A stretch of 58,777 nt of DNA from Patescibacteria group bacterium (GCA_016936175.1 JAFGPN010000003.1:1-58777), one strand, 5' to 3'. Positions 38,205 to 47,760 are shown, counted from the stretch's first letter. The notes: generated by a model from the letters alone, not told the origin. Numbers and translations are program-made.

Positions 38205-39293
38205 TTAGAGGTACTGGCGCAATTTTTCTTCTTTCTCCATCTTCTCTACCAGCTTCTTAACATCCTGATCGCGGCTTTTTTTGATCACCAAGACTGCATC
38301 TGAGGTATTGATCACTGCCACATTCTCGAGACCAACCACTGTTACTAACTTACGGTCGTCCTCGTTAAACACTAGCACATCCTTGGCTTCGATAGTTACC
38401 GCTTTACCCTTAGTCGCAACCCCCTCGCCGTCACTTTGTAACACATCATGGACCGCCTGCCAGTTTCCGATATCTCTCCAGCCCAACCTGGCCGGCAATA
38501 GCAACATCGAAGGGCCTTTTTCTAACACAGCGTATTCTAAGGCGATTTTGGTTAATCCAGGGTAAATTTTTCTTAGAACGGTATCCTGTTCGGCTGTATC
38601 CCAAGCCGCGATTATCTCTGCCAAGCCCTGATATGTCTCTGGCACATGCTGACGATATAGCTCCAGCATATGCCCCGCTCGCCACATAAATAGTGCCGGA
38701 TTCCAAAAATAGTTGCCGGCCCGCATAAATTCGCCTGCCCGCGCCACATCCGGCTTCTCTACAAATCGTTTTACCTTTAAGGCTCCGTCTTCGTCTGCCG
38801 GGCTCATCTCCACCTCTAAATAACCTAACGCTGTGGAAGGGTATTCTATATGTAGCCCTACGCTCATTATCTGCTCGGGATGCTTCTGAATAATAGTGTA
38901 AGACTTACGGATGGTCTCAACATAAGCATCTTCCAACCCGTAATGATGATCTGCCCACACATTCATCACGATTGCCCCCGGGTGGCGCTTGTGGATAATC
39001 CCGGTCGCCAAACCAATAGCCGGACAGGTATTCCGTAGCTCCGGTTCTATAATCAGATTGGTTTTAGATAACTCAGGCAACTGAGCGGCAATTGCCTCAG
39101 CATAATCCGCGGTGGTGCTTAGATAGATGTTCTCCGCTGGTAATACCCGTCGCACCCTTCTCCAGGTCCGTTGGATTAGCGTATCACTGCTACCCAAAAA
39201 GGGCTTCACCTGCTTGGGGCTGCTCACTCGACTAACCGGCCACAGCCGGCTACCAACCCCCCCTGCAAATATTACTGCGTATAGGTCGTTCAT
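38205..39293 (-). CDS. manC: Mannose-1-phosphate guanylyltransferase, N-terminal domain type
   Basis: AGGVGSRLWPVSR...PKQ, EPELRNT, ADH, FVEKP, WRDIGNW. Confidence 0.88.
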   Translation of the reverse strand: MNDLYAVIFAGGVGSRLWPVSRVSSPKQVKPFLGSSDTLIQRTWRRVRRVLPAENIYLSTTADYAEAIAAQLPELSKTNLIIEPELRNTCPAIGLATGIIHKRHPGAIVMNVWADHHYGLEDAYVETIRKSYTIIQKHPEQIMSVGLHIEYPSTALGYLEVEMSPADEDGALKVKRFVEKPDVARAGEFMRAGNYFWNPALFMWRAGHMLELYRQHVPETYQGLAEIIAAWDTAEQDTVLRKIYPGLTKIALEYAVLEKGPSMLLLPARLGWRDIGNWQAVHDVLQSDGEGVATKGKAVTIEAKDVLVFNEDDRKLVTVVGLENVAVINTSDAVLVIKKSRDQDVKKLVEKMEKEEKLRQYL

Positions 39294-39544
39294 AAGTTCC
39301 CACTCCCCTCGTCATTCCGGACCGGCTCGCCAGAGGCGAAGTCAGGATCCGGAATCCAGGCAAAAACATTATTTTTATTTTCTGGATCCCCGATGTCGAA
39401 GCGCTGATGCTTTCGACTCGAGGACAATACCCGATACACTTTACATATATAGTATGCCGATACGCAGACCTTGTCCAATCGCAATTTTCAGCCACCACAG
39501 CTGAATTTATCAAAATACGCCACACATTTGTTGCCCATTGCTTG

Positions 39545-39669
39545 CCCCATTAGAGATTCTTGGCAAAAATACAAGGTATTTTTGCGGCTCACCCTCTCGC
39601 CAACAGGGTATAATCTTGGTGGATGCTGATATCAACCCTTGCAAACATAATGGTAAATCTCTAATTGGG
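39545..39669. mobile_element. 125-bp inverted-repeat cassette at the thpR start
   Basis: CCCCATTAGAGATT versus AATCTCTAATTGGG, 13/14 match; the GTG start begins on the last base; internal TATAAT at 39609-39614. Confidence 0.55.
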
Positions 39670-40253
39670 TGAAAAAACGGCTGTTTATCGCCATCAACTT
39701 CGACTCTGCCACCAGGCTGGCTATTGCTCGCCTGATGTCGCAACTCCCCAACCAGCCGGGGCTAAACAAGGTCAAGGTTGATAATCTCCATCTTACCTTA
39801 TTATTTTTAGGCGATACCGAAGAGGAGCTAATCCCCCAAATCTCTCAGCAACTGGATGAGGTGTGCAAAGATTTTAGCTCCCTGAGCTTAAAATTTGGCC
39901 GTTTGGGCGGCTTCCCCGATCTCAAACACCCCCAAGTCATTTGGATTGGGCTGGAGGGTAACCACCTTAGCCAGCTCCACCAGGTCATCGCTGAGCGGCT
40001 ATCCCCCCTAGTGCCAACAGCCGACACCAAGCCCTTCCGCCCTCATCTAACCGTCGCCAGATCTAATTCTCACCTCCACCCAGAATCTACCGTTAAATTT
40101 CTTCTCCAACTCAGCCAACAACCCGTCAATCTGCCCCCGGTAGCAGTCTCTCAAATAGACTTAATGGAAAGCGCCCTCGCGGCGGGTGGCTCTATCTATA
40201 AAAGAATATCCACTCACCCCTTCCGTCGTCCTGGCTTGTCTGCCCGCCCGTAG
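39669..40253 (+). CDS. thpR: RNA 2',3'-cyclic phosphodiesterase, 2H family
   Basis: RLFIA, HLTLLFLG, PHLTVAR. Confidence 0.92.
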   Translation: MKKRLFIAINFDSATRLAIARLMSQLPNQPGLNKVKVDNLHLTLLFLGDTEEELIPQISQQLDEVCKDFSSLSLKFGRLGGFPDLKHPQVIWIGLEGNHLSQLHQVIAERLSPLVPTADTKPFRPHLTVARSNSHLHPESTVKFLLQLSQQPVNLPPVAVSQIDLMESALAAGGSIYKRISTHPFRRPGLSARP

Positions 40254-40388
40254 CCTTGGCGCAGGAGGGTCCAGTACCGTATAATTCTACGATTCTGGAG
40301 TCAGCCGATGATCATCGGCTCGACATTGGGAATCCAGGCCTGGATCCTGAATCCGAACTTGGCCCTTGGCCAGTCAGTCCAGGATGAC
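40225..40388. repeat. Cluster of GTCAT-family REP palindromes
   Basis: The first unit matches secA-internal 3816-3865; the thpR stop lies within it. Confidence 0.75.
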
Positions 40389-40414
40389 AAGGGTAGAAGG
40401 GTCCAAAAAAACCT

Positions 40415-40443
40415 TTGACAAGGGTGTTTTTTTATGATATAAT
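40415..40443 (+). promoter_or_regulatory. Consensus sigma70 promoter
   Basis: TTGACA-17-TATAAT. Confidence 0.75.
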
Positions 40444-40493
40444 AGGATAATTGGGTCAAGACTGCTATCAAAGATAGTAACCAAAAAATAAAA

Positions 40494-41933
40494 ATGAAAA
40501 ACTGCAAGCCCCGTTGGGCAAAATCCATGATTGATTGGGTCGAGCGAGAACTGACCGCTGTATTGGCGGTCGCGATTGTTCTCGCTTTTATCTTTAGCCA
40601 ATCTCTGGCCACTGATGAAACTACTGTTGATGGCCTGGTATCTACCACTACCGGTAGCGCCACTATCCAACAAGTTAGCGCCACTACCCTATCAGAAAGT
40701 GGAAACAAGTTGGTGTTTGGCATCAATATCGATGGCACCACTAATGAGACTACTGCATGGACTGGCACAGAACCGGTTAACTTGGGCAACGGGCTTTATA
40801 TGCTTGGCAGTGCTACAGTTACTACTCTGGTTAATCCTGGCACCTATAACCTAAAGGTAACTGCCAAAGGCGGTGCGGTTACAATCAACTCCATTACCTA
40901 TACCTTTGGTGGTAGCTACGGTAGCCAAACTAAGCAAGTTGTTCTGGCAAGCAACCAGATGGTAGTTGCCTTCTCTGCCGGAACGACCATTTATTCAATC
41001 GAAGCGGTTACCTCCGCTGGCGATACTTCGTCTGGCTCCGGTTCTACTGGGACAGGTAGCTCCACTGGCTCATCTGCTACCACGATAATTCCGATTACCA
41101 GTATCAGTGCCCTACCTTCTCAAAAGACCATCGTTATTAATAAAATAAATCAGGCCAAATTCACTCCCATAGCGCTGGTCCGCAACTCGCTCAACGATCT
41201 GGTCAACGATGTCCCCGTAATTTGGAAATCCAGCGATTCTTCAATCGCTTCCGTAAATAGTGAGGGCGTTGTTACCCCGATTAAGCCAGGCACGGTAACT
41301 CTTACGGCTACAGTGGCCGGCACTACCTTAGAAGCGGCCATATCATTAAATATATTACAAGAGGTTAGCATCCCGACAGTTGATATCACCCCTAAAGAAC
41401 CAGCTGATACCGGGTCAAGCCTGCTGGACAAATTAGCTGATAGCTTAACTGGTAATAAAACCGTAGCCCCCACCACTGGTGGAACTACTCCTGGCAAAAC
41501 CCAGGCCGATTTAGATAAATTAGCCGAGGAATCGAGCAAGGTGGCCGAACAACCCGCCACTTATCCAGGCGCTCCAGAGATAGGTGAAGGGGATGCTTTA
41601 GATGCCTACGCCGCCGCTCAAGCCCAACGCTACACCGAAACCGGCAAAACCCAGGTAACTCAGAAGCAAATCAACGCTATCGTTCAACAGCAGACAACAG
41701 TGACCGCCAAAGTAACCGCTCGATTAAGAATAGGCGCGGCTGAGATTGGTCAGACCTTCCGCGAGATGTTTACCGGTAAGACCATCGTTGATGGCGAGGT
41801 TGTCCAGAAGAAAAGCGTAGCCAAGATAATCGGAGACTGGTTCAAAAACATCTTTGTTTCAGGCACCAGTGCCGATGACGGCGGCGACACCAATCCTCTA
41901 AGTACCGTGGTAGGCGGTCAAGACGAGGAATAA
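40494..41933 (+). CDS. Membrane-anchored/secreted Ser/Thr-rich protein with a Big_2-like Ig domain
   Basis: N-terminal TM; VIWKSSDSSIASVNSEGVVTPIKPGTVTLTAT. Confidence 0.8.
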   Translation: MKNCKPRWAKSMIDWVERELTAVLAVAIVLAFIFSQSLATDETTVDGLVSTTTGSATIQQVSATTLSESGNKLVFGINIDGTTNETTAWTGTEPVNLGNGLYMLGSATVTTLVNPGTYNLKVTAKGGAVTINSITYTFGGSYGSQTKQVVLASNQMVVAFSAGTTIYSIEAVTSAGDTSSGSGSTGTGSSTGSSATTIIPITSISALPSQKTIVINKINQAKFTPIALVRNSLNDLVNDVPVIWKSSDSSIASVNSEGVVTPIKPGTVTLTATVAGTTLEAAISLNILQEVSIPTVDITPKEPADTGSSLLDKLADSLTGNKTVAPTTGGTTPGKTQADLDKLAEESSKVAEQPATYPGAPEIGEGDALDAYAAAQAQRYTETGKTQVTQKQINAIVQQQTTVTAKVTARLRIGAAEIGQTFREMFTGKTIVDGEVVQKKSVAKIIGDWFKNIFVSGTSADDGGDTNPLSTVVGGQDEE

Positions 41934-41952
41934 GCCTGTTTTCGAAATCAAA

Positions 41953-42162
41953 ATGAAAGTAAATAGCAGGACTAACAAGAAAGTAAAAAGCACCTTTCTT
42001 TGGATAACTGAAGAGTGGCTTATTATTCTGATAGCCGTACTGATTCTCCTTGCTATTGCTATAAGCGCCGCCGGAGCAAGAACATTGCTTAATCCTACTA
42101 TTATCATTGGTCCTGGCCAAACGATGAGCGCGAGCGTGGCTGGCACCGAGGATCAGGAATAA
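41953..42162 (+). CDS. Small single-pass membrane protein
   Basis: 69 aa with a strong TM segment; follows the previous gene by 19 nt. Confidence 0.65.
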   Translation: MKVNSRTNKKVKSTFLWITEEWLIILIAVLILLAIAISAAGARTLLNPTIIIGPGQTMSASVAGTEDQE

Positions 42163-42178
42163 ACAAAAAACAACTGAT

Positions 42179-45100
42179 TTACTGTTGAGGAGGGAGTGAT
42201 TCTAGGGAAGCTAGAATCATTTTTTTATCTACACCAGCATGGCAATCCTCGCTCAAACTTAGCGCTCTTGTTAGGAACTCGCGAGCCTGAACGGAATCTT
42301 GTTTAGCTATAACTTCGCCCAAGAATCTATAGGCATCCATGGCCGATTGATCCATCCCTGCGCCAATAAATGCCTCGGCTTGTTTCGCGGTTGGGATAAT
42401 GAAATCCTCCAGATCAATATACCCATCAATATAATCCGCATACGCAGTTATATAAGTACCAATCATGCCGATCCGCTTGTCGTCTGACTTAATACTAGCC
42501 AACTTTGCTCTTGCAGATAAGGTATTGGGTTGCTTAGCACGCAGATAGCAATGTGCTAAATCAACACTAATGGCAGAAAATGTAACAATGTCTGTATTCA
42601 CAAAGAACTCATTTGCTTTATCTAGATAACCCTCTGCTGTAATAAAATCACCCAATGCTATATAAAGTGATCCCAGGCCAAGATTGCTCCAAGCTCGAGT
42701 CTTTGGACGAAACACCCGAGTGGTAATATCCAGAGAGCGGTCTAGTACAGCTTTGGCCCCGTTTTCATCACCCAACCCACGCATCACCTCTGCCTGATTA
42801 TTTAAATACAAGGCCTGGGCAGGTAGATCCCCATCTTGCTCGGCCAATGTTAAACATTCGCTATAGTAATTGTTAGCTAATTCTAACTCTCCAAGCCTCT
42901 GATGGATTATGCCCAAACCATTAAGAGAAGACCTAACGGCATCACGATCGCCAGTCATGCGAGCATAGTAAACCGCCTTCTCAACTAAGCCCTTAGCTCG
43001 GACCAAGTTATCGACCCCCTCTGATCTGCGATAATAAGCACCGATGCGTTTATAAGTATTGCTGAGATTAACAGCTATTAGTCTTCTAAAATTATCGGGT
43101 AATCTATCTAATTCACCCTCTTGTTCAAAGGGTTTTAGGATATCCAGCGCCACCTCGTAGTATTCTCGCGCCGCTCGTTCTGGCTCCTTATCCCCCACTC
43201 GCAGACCCAAATCAGATAGAATCCAAGCGTGATAAGCCGCCCACTCAACCGGGCGGGCTTCTCTCCCATCCTCCCCACCATAGTAACGATGAAATAGCTC
43301 GTGAGCCGATTCCAGTGTCGCCACTTCATCTGTTTGCCGGGCTAGACTGTTCCAGATAAACCGGATAAACAACAATCTTTCGAGTTGCTCTTTCACAGCC
43401 TCAAGTTTCTGCTGTTCACTCATCCCTGGGAAGCCCTGTCGCTCCAATTCATCAAAGGCTTGTACCCCACGCTCCAACACCGAGATAGCGCCAGACTCCT
43501 CACCATAGTTCCGTAATTGCCGGCCATACAGATCAGCGTATTCCAATATCTTAAATAGGTTGCCGCTGTTCTTAGCATGGAAAAACTTAGAAGATAGCTT
43601 ATCCTGCTTACCCGGATAGTCAGTTTCTAAAATAGTTAGGATAGCTTCGTGGGCGGAGTGTTTTTCTTCTATCTTGGCAATGTTGTTATAGATGGTTTCT
43701 TGAGTTATCCGGTGGACAAACCCAAAGTAGCCACCGTCCAAATCATCAATTACACTGTGGTCTAACATCTCCTCCAAACACATGTCTAAGCGCCGTTCCG
43801 GCATGCGGGTAATTTTAAGCAACATCGCCCGGCTTGATTCCAAACCTAAAATAGACATCGCTCGCGCCACCACCTGCGAGTTAGAACTTAGGGCGGCTAT
43901 CTTCTTTTCTTCGATATCTACAATGGTGCCAACCTTCTCCCATAACTCCTGCTGTTTTTCATCGGTTAGATAATAGTTGCGAGTAGCCTTAACCATCTCA
44001 GCGGTTTCGCCCGGCAACGGATAATCGCCAAAGTGCCACTTGCCGGTTTCGGGATGCTGGACAAACACGCTCACTCCCAAATCGGAGCTCATCGCCAAAT
44101 GAGATAAAATCTCTTGCACGTAAAAGATGTTGCCGTGCGAGGCATCTTTAGAAAACACCCGCGAAATAACCTTGGCGGCCGCTAATTTGTTGCGCGAGAG
44201 TTCCCCCTCGTCCATCGAAAAGACCGAGCAGACCAGCGGCCATACCCACTCCTTGTTATTTTCAAACCAGGTGATCTGCGCGTTGCGTAGTTTAAGATAG
44301 TAATCGCGCTTGGCCGCATCGGTCGCCCCTTCTCCCGGATACTCCGGCGGCTCAAACGCTGGGAACGGCTCGATATCCAGCTGATAGGTCTGCTCCGGCA
44401 GATTATGTTTAAGCCCATCAATAATCACTTTTTCGACATCATTAGCCGAAGGCCGGGTGGGAACAGCCCAAACCAGCCCATCGTCAGCGGTCTCGGTCAT
44501 AAATCCAACCAGCAGATCGGCGGATTGTTTATCGATAAATTGCCAATCATCCACAAAGATTACTGGAACCTCCTTGCCAACTGATTGACGATTGAGCCGA
44601 AGTATATCTTGCATTAACTTAAGCGTCTCGGCGCGCTGTTCGGTTCTATCCAACCACTTAACCCGATCGGTTGGCATAAAGGCTGTATCTAACACCGCAT
44701 TTAATAGCGCCATCCGCTCTGTAATATCTGCCGGCAATTCTCGGCTTAAAATGCGCGCCTCTAAATCTTTCGGGTCTTCGATATCTTCCGGAATGTCTAA
44801 TAATTGATGAACAAACTGTTTGGCCGTGCTCAATGGCAATTTGCGATTGGCTTCATCAGACCGGACATCAATCTTGTATATCCGGCCAGCTTCTAAGTTG
44901 TTGGCGATAGATTTAGAAACCACCGCGGTTTTACCTACACCAGCCTCACCCTCAACCACCAAAATCTGACTTTTACCGGTAGCTATAGCCAAATCAATAA
45001 CCTCGTCAATCTTACCCTCTTCTTTCTCGCGACCGACTATCTTCTCGACTTCGGCGTAACGCCCGGCTCGATAATCTATTTTGTCTACTATAAAAGTCTC

Positions 45101-46618
45101 GACCGCGCCCACGCCACGTAGCTCCAGCTCTCCTCCCTCACTACACCGCAAGCGATGGCTGGCTCTTCGGTGGGTTGTACCGCTAATTACTACTCCGTTT
45201 TCCGGCGCCGACTGCATTAATCTCGCCGATTCGTTTACTCGTTTACCCACTCGGGTAAAGGTTTGATTCCCATCAACTCCGGCTACCCCAGAAAAGGCAT
45301 AATCGGTAGAAATACCCGCTCTAAATGGAAGGTTATGCTTGACTAAAACCTGGCCAGATTCGTAGGTGGCTCGAGTAGCATGATATTCGTTGCTCGGCCC
45401 GGAAAATGTAGAATAAACAACGCCCTCACCAGTGATTCGCTCCACCGAACCGTTGTTCTGCTCGACAATGTGCAATATCCTACTAATTGGTTGGTTCAAT
45501 TGCTGGTACAACTCTGCCTCGCTCTGTCCGTTGCTCAACTTCTCTGTCATTTGGTATAGACCAATTACCTTAGTAAAGGCGGTAGAGACCCGCGGGTACT
45601 CCCACGACGGCTTAAATTCAACTGGTCTCCCCTCTTCGAAAGCAGAGACTACCGCTGATTTCATTTCATCACGCCGATCCCGGGGAATGTGCGCCTCGTA
45701 AAATCGATTCAACTCCTCGAGGGGCACGTCTGTTTCTACCTCGCGGAGCTCGATTGCGGTAAGGTTTGGTTTGTCCTCGCCGTGCAGAGTAGATAGCACA
45801 TAGTTACCGGCTTCGATACCCTTAAAATATGATTTGGGTAGAAGTTGACGCACCGATGAACTAACAGCTACCTGATGTTTCTCCGGATCGGCAAACCGCT
45901 GAAGGGCATCCGCTCTTGGGATTACCTCGCCAAATACGGCAAAACATCTGAGATAGTCATCACCTAAACTGGTAACCACTAAATCGTCATCTCCCTTATT
46001 AGTACAATCTACGCCTACCCGAAAAGTTAGATCGATCGACTCGTCCTTAAATTTGACGGGAGGCAAAGTTTTGGCGGATTCCTGAAACTGGCTAGCTACA
46101 AACACTGCCCGACGAACTGCCTCGGCTGAGTTTTCGTCTGGCAGGCTGGGAAAAAATATCCGCCTGCCGTCACCTTCGGCGGTAACCATCGTACCACCGT
46201 ACTGTTCGGCAATACCCAGTAGCCTGGCATCGGCCTCTTCCATCAGCAACCCCAACTGTTCGCCAGCCAATTTTTCGCCCACCTCATCAGCTAATCGAGT
46301 GGTGTGTTTAGAAAAATCTTTGGCATCGGCAGATATTAAAGCTCCGTGTAGATGACGAAATCCTTCGTGTAAATCATACGACAATAACTCCGGGGTATGC
46401 CCGTGGAGTAGCTTAAGAAATTCACGAGTCTGGTAAGGATTAACTTCCGTAGATTTTTCTACCTCCACCAACTCCAAACCGGCCGGTTCGACCTCTGTCG
46501 ATGCCGACCTACCATCGTTCGGCGGTTCCCCATTATGGGACGGTTCCGCTAAAACAATTCCATCCGGATTAGTGGGAACCTGGTCTGGTTCTTGCTTGAT
46601 ATCGCCCTCGTTGGTCAT
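42179..46618 (-). CDS. Tandem class III nucleotidyl cyclase + STAND ATPase + TPR protein (soluble adenylyl cyclase-like)
   Basis: C1: ISADAKDFS, AEGDG. C2: VGKRVNESARLM. Walker A GEAGVGKT, Walker B IFVDD. TPR-like C-terminus. Confidence 0.85.
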   Translation of the reverse strand: MTNEGDIKQEPDQVPTNPDGIVLAEPSHNGEPPNDGRSASTEVEPAGLELVEVEKSTEVNPYQTREFLKLLHGHTPELLSYDLHEGFRHLHGALISADAKDFSKHTTRLADEVGEKLAGEQLGLLMEEADARLLGIAEQYGGTMVTAEGDGRRIFFPSLPDENSAEAVRRAVFVASQFQESAKTLPPVKFKDESIDLTFRVGVDCTNKGDDDLVVTSLGDDYLRCFAVFGEVIPRADALQRFADPEKHQVAVSSSVRQLLPKSYFKGIEAGNYVLSTLHGEDKPNLTAIELREVETDVPLEELNRFYEAHIPRDRRDEMKSAVVSAFEEGRPVEFKPSWEYPRVSTAFTKVIGLYQMTEKLSNGQSEAELYQQLNQPISRILHIVEQNNGSVERITGEGVVYSTFSGPSNEYHATRATYESGQVLVKHNLPFRAGISTDYAFSGVAGVDGNQTFTRVGKRVNESARLMQSAPENGVVISGTTHRRASHRLRCSEGGELELRGVGAVETFIVDKIDYRAGRYAEVEKIVGREKEEGKIDEVIDLAIATGKSQILVVEGEAGVGKTAVVSKSIANNLEAGRIYKIDVRSDEANRKLPLSTAKQFVHQLLDIPEDIEDPKDLEARILSRELPADITERMALLNAVLDTAFMPTDRVKWLDRTEQRAETLKLMQDILRLNRQSVGKEVPVIFVDDWQFIDKQSADLLVGFMTETADDGLVWAVPTRPSANDVEKVIIDGLKHNLPEQTYQLDIEPFPAFEPPEYPGEGATDAAKRDYYLKLRNAQITWFENNKEWVWPLVCSVFSMDEGELSRNKLAAAKVISRVFSKDASHGNIFYVQEILSHLAMSSDLGVSVFVQHPETGKWHFGDYPLPGETAEMVKATRNYYLTDEKQQELWEKVGTIVDIEEKKIAALSSNSQVVARAMSILGLESSRAMLLKITRMPERRLDMCLEEMLDHSVIDDLDGGYFGFVHRITQETIYNNIAKIEEKHSAHEAILTILETDYPGKQDKLSSKFFHAKNSGNLFKILEYADLYGRQLRNYGEESGAISVLERGVQAFDELERQGFPGMSEQQKLEAVKEQLERLLFIRFIWNSLARQTDEVATLESAHELFHRYYGGEDGREARPVEWAAYHAWILSDLGLRVGDKEPERAAREYYEVALDILKPFEQEGELDRLPDNFRRLIAVNLSNTYKRIGAYYRRSEGVDNLVRAKGLVEKAVYYARMTGDRDAVRSSLNGLGIIHQRLGELELANNYYSECLTLAEQDGDLPAQALYLNNQAEVMRGLGDENGAKAVLDRSLDITTRVFRPKTRAWSNLGLGSLYIALGDFITAEGYLDKANEFFVNTDIVTFSAISVDLAHCYLRAKQPNTLSARAKLASIKSDDKRIGMIGTYITAYADYIDGYIDLEDFIIPTAKQAEAFIGAGMDQSAMDAYRFLGEVIAKQDSVQAREFLTRALSLSEDCHAGVDKKMILASLESLPPQQ

Positions 46619-46666
46619 AACACCTGATTATACCTGATATAGAATTATCCGCTCCCAGAGCTAACT

Positions 46667-46695
46667 ATCCTACCACTTCTCCCCTCTTTTGTCAA
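46667..46695 (-). promoter_or_regulatory. Promoter for the cyclase gene
   Basis: TTGACA-17-TAGGAT; a second TATAAT at 46627-46632. Confidence 0.55.
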
Positions 46696-46815
46696 CCCCG
46701 TTAGAAGTCCGGAGAAGCCCTGGGAATAATGCAGAGCCACAGCGCATTAGTTGTCGTTTCACTATCCGCCAACCCCATTACATTAGCCAATCTCATCAGC
46801 GACTTCTAACGGGGT
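46695..46815. mobile_element. 121-bp cassette with 15-bp perfect inverted repeats ACCCCGTTAGAAGTC
   Basis: Arms at 46695-46709 and 46801-46815. Confidence 0.65.
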
Positions 46816-47139
46816 CAACTGGCGCCGTTTACCTTGCGGCGTCATCCCCGCCCCCGATCGTAGTCGAGGGTAAACTCCGGCGGGGACCCAGACAGAAAAA
46901 GAAAGTTTTTGTTTCCACCTGGATCCTGAATAAGCTATTTATAATGAGCCTACGGCAGTTAGGTGTTTTCAGGATGACAGGGGGTAAGGTTAACAAATGG
47001 GGTCAACCCAATAAAAAACTCCCAAAAGTTCGAGACCACATTAAAGCGATCTCAATCCTGAGGGAGTTGTTGTTCGAGGCGATCTTGGTCACTTCTGAAG
47101 AGTGACCACATTAATCTAACCCGGCGCTACTGCCGGTAA

Positions 47140-47586
47140 TCATTTCACAAATCGCCCGATGTGGACATGGTCGGATAGGATATATTCCCCAGGTCCATCG
47201 ACACGGAACTCCAACCACATATAGCCGGCATCGTAGTTCGATCGATCATTTGGGGTAATTAGCCGCTCTGGGCTTTCTTGCCCAAAGACTATGTACACCG
47301 CCGCAGCGATAAAGCCAATCTGTTGCTTCTCGGTTTCCGTGAAGCGCCAGCCATAGCTGACAGTGTCCCCATGGATACCAATATCCTGCTCACCGCCGGT
47401 AAATGTCTTCCAGCCGTTGCCGGCGTCATAGTAGTACCCGGGTGTGCTGGGGGGTCCGCCACCACCGAACAGGCCACTGCCAACCGACGAGCCACCGAAG
47501 CTCTTGTGCCCCTTCGGGCACGCTGCTACCCCTATGCAAACGATTGCCAGGAGTAAGAAAATTATCAACGAACGCACTTTCTTCAC
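47140..47586 (-). CDS. Hypothetical lipoprotein
   Basis: GTG start; KKVRSLIIFLLLAIVCIGVAA-C lipobox; Gly/Ser linker. Confidence 0.65.
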   Translation of the reverse strand: MKKVRSLIIFLLLAIVCIGVAACPKGHKSFGGSSVGSGLFGGGGPPSTPGYYYDAGNGWKTFTGGEQDIGIHGDTVSYGWRFTETEKQQIGFIAAAVYIVFGQESPERLITPNDRSNYDAGYMWLEFRVDGPGEYILSDHVHIGRFVK

Positions 47587-47732
47587 CTGCCCTGCTCGGG
47601 CCTTAAATAGTCGCTGGTCCTTCTTATAGTCTGCTCTGGGAGCTAAAAACCAAGCGCCACCCAAAGAATAGCACCTCTTTTACTTTTGTCCACCCCGCCA
47701 GCCATCCTGAAAAAATCTAACCCAAATCCAAT

Positions 47733-47760
47733 AGTATACACAGTAGCTACTGTGTATACT
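47733..47760. promoter_or_regulatory. 28-bp perfect palindrome, candidate operator
   Basis: AGTATACACAGTAG|CTACTGTGTATACT. Confidence 0.4.

Noticed and set aside
46756-46799. Hammerhead-like CTGATGA...GAAAC on the minus strand; another CTGATGA at 16569-16575
   Set aside because: I could not build convincing stems I-III around either core.
7836-46815. Reading the GTTAG/CTAAC elements as integron attC sites
   Set aside because: The order is GTT...AAC, the reverse of attC (RYYYAAC...GTTRRRY). There are no L boxes, no intI in the window, and the flanking genes are housekeeping.
46689-47105. 138-aa ORF; likewise 2189-2548, 2563-2784, 9537-9860, 19343-19570, 29657-29848, 39127-39504 and 40301-40789
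   Set aside because: These run through repeats or regulatory DNA with no SD or domain support.
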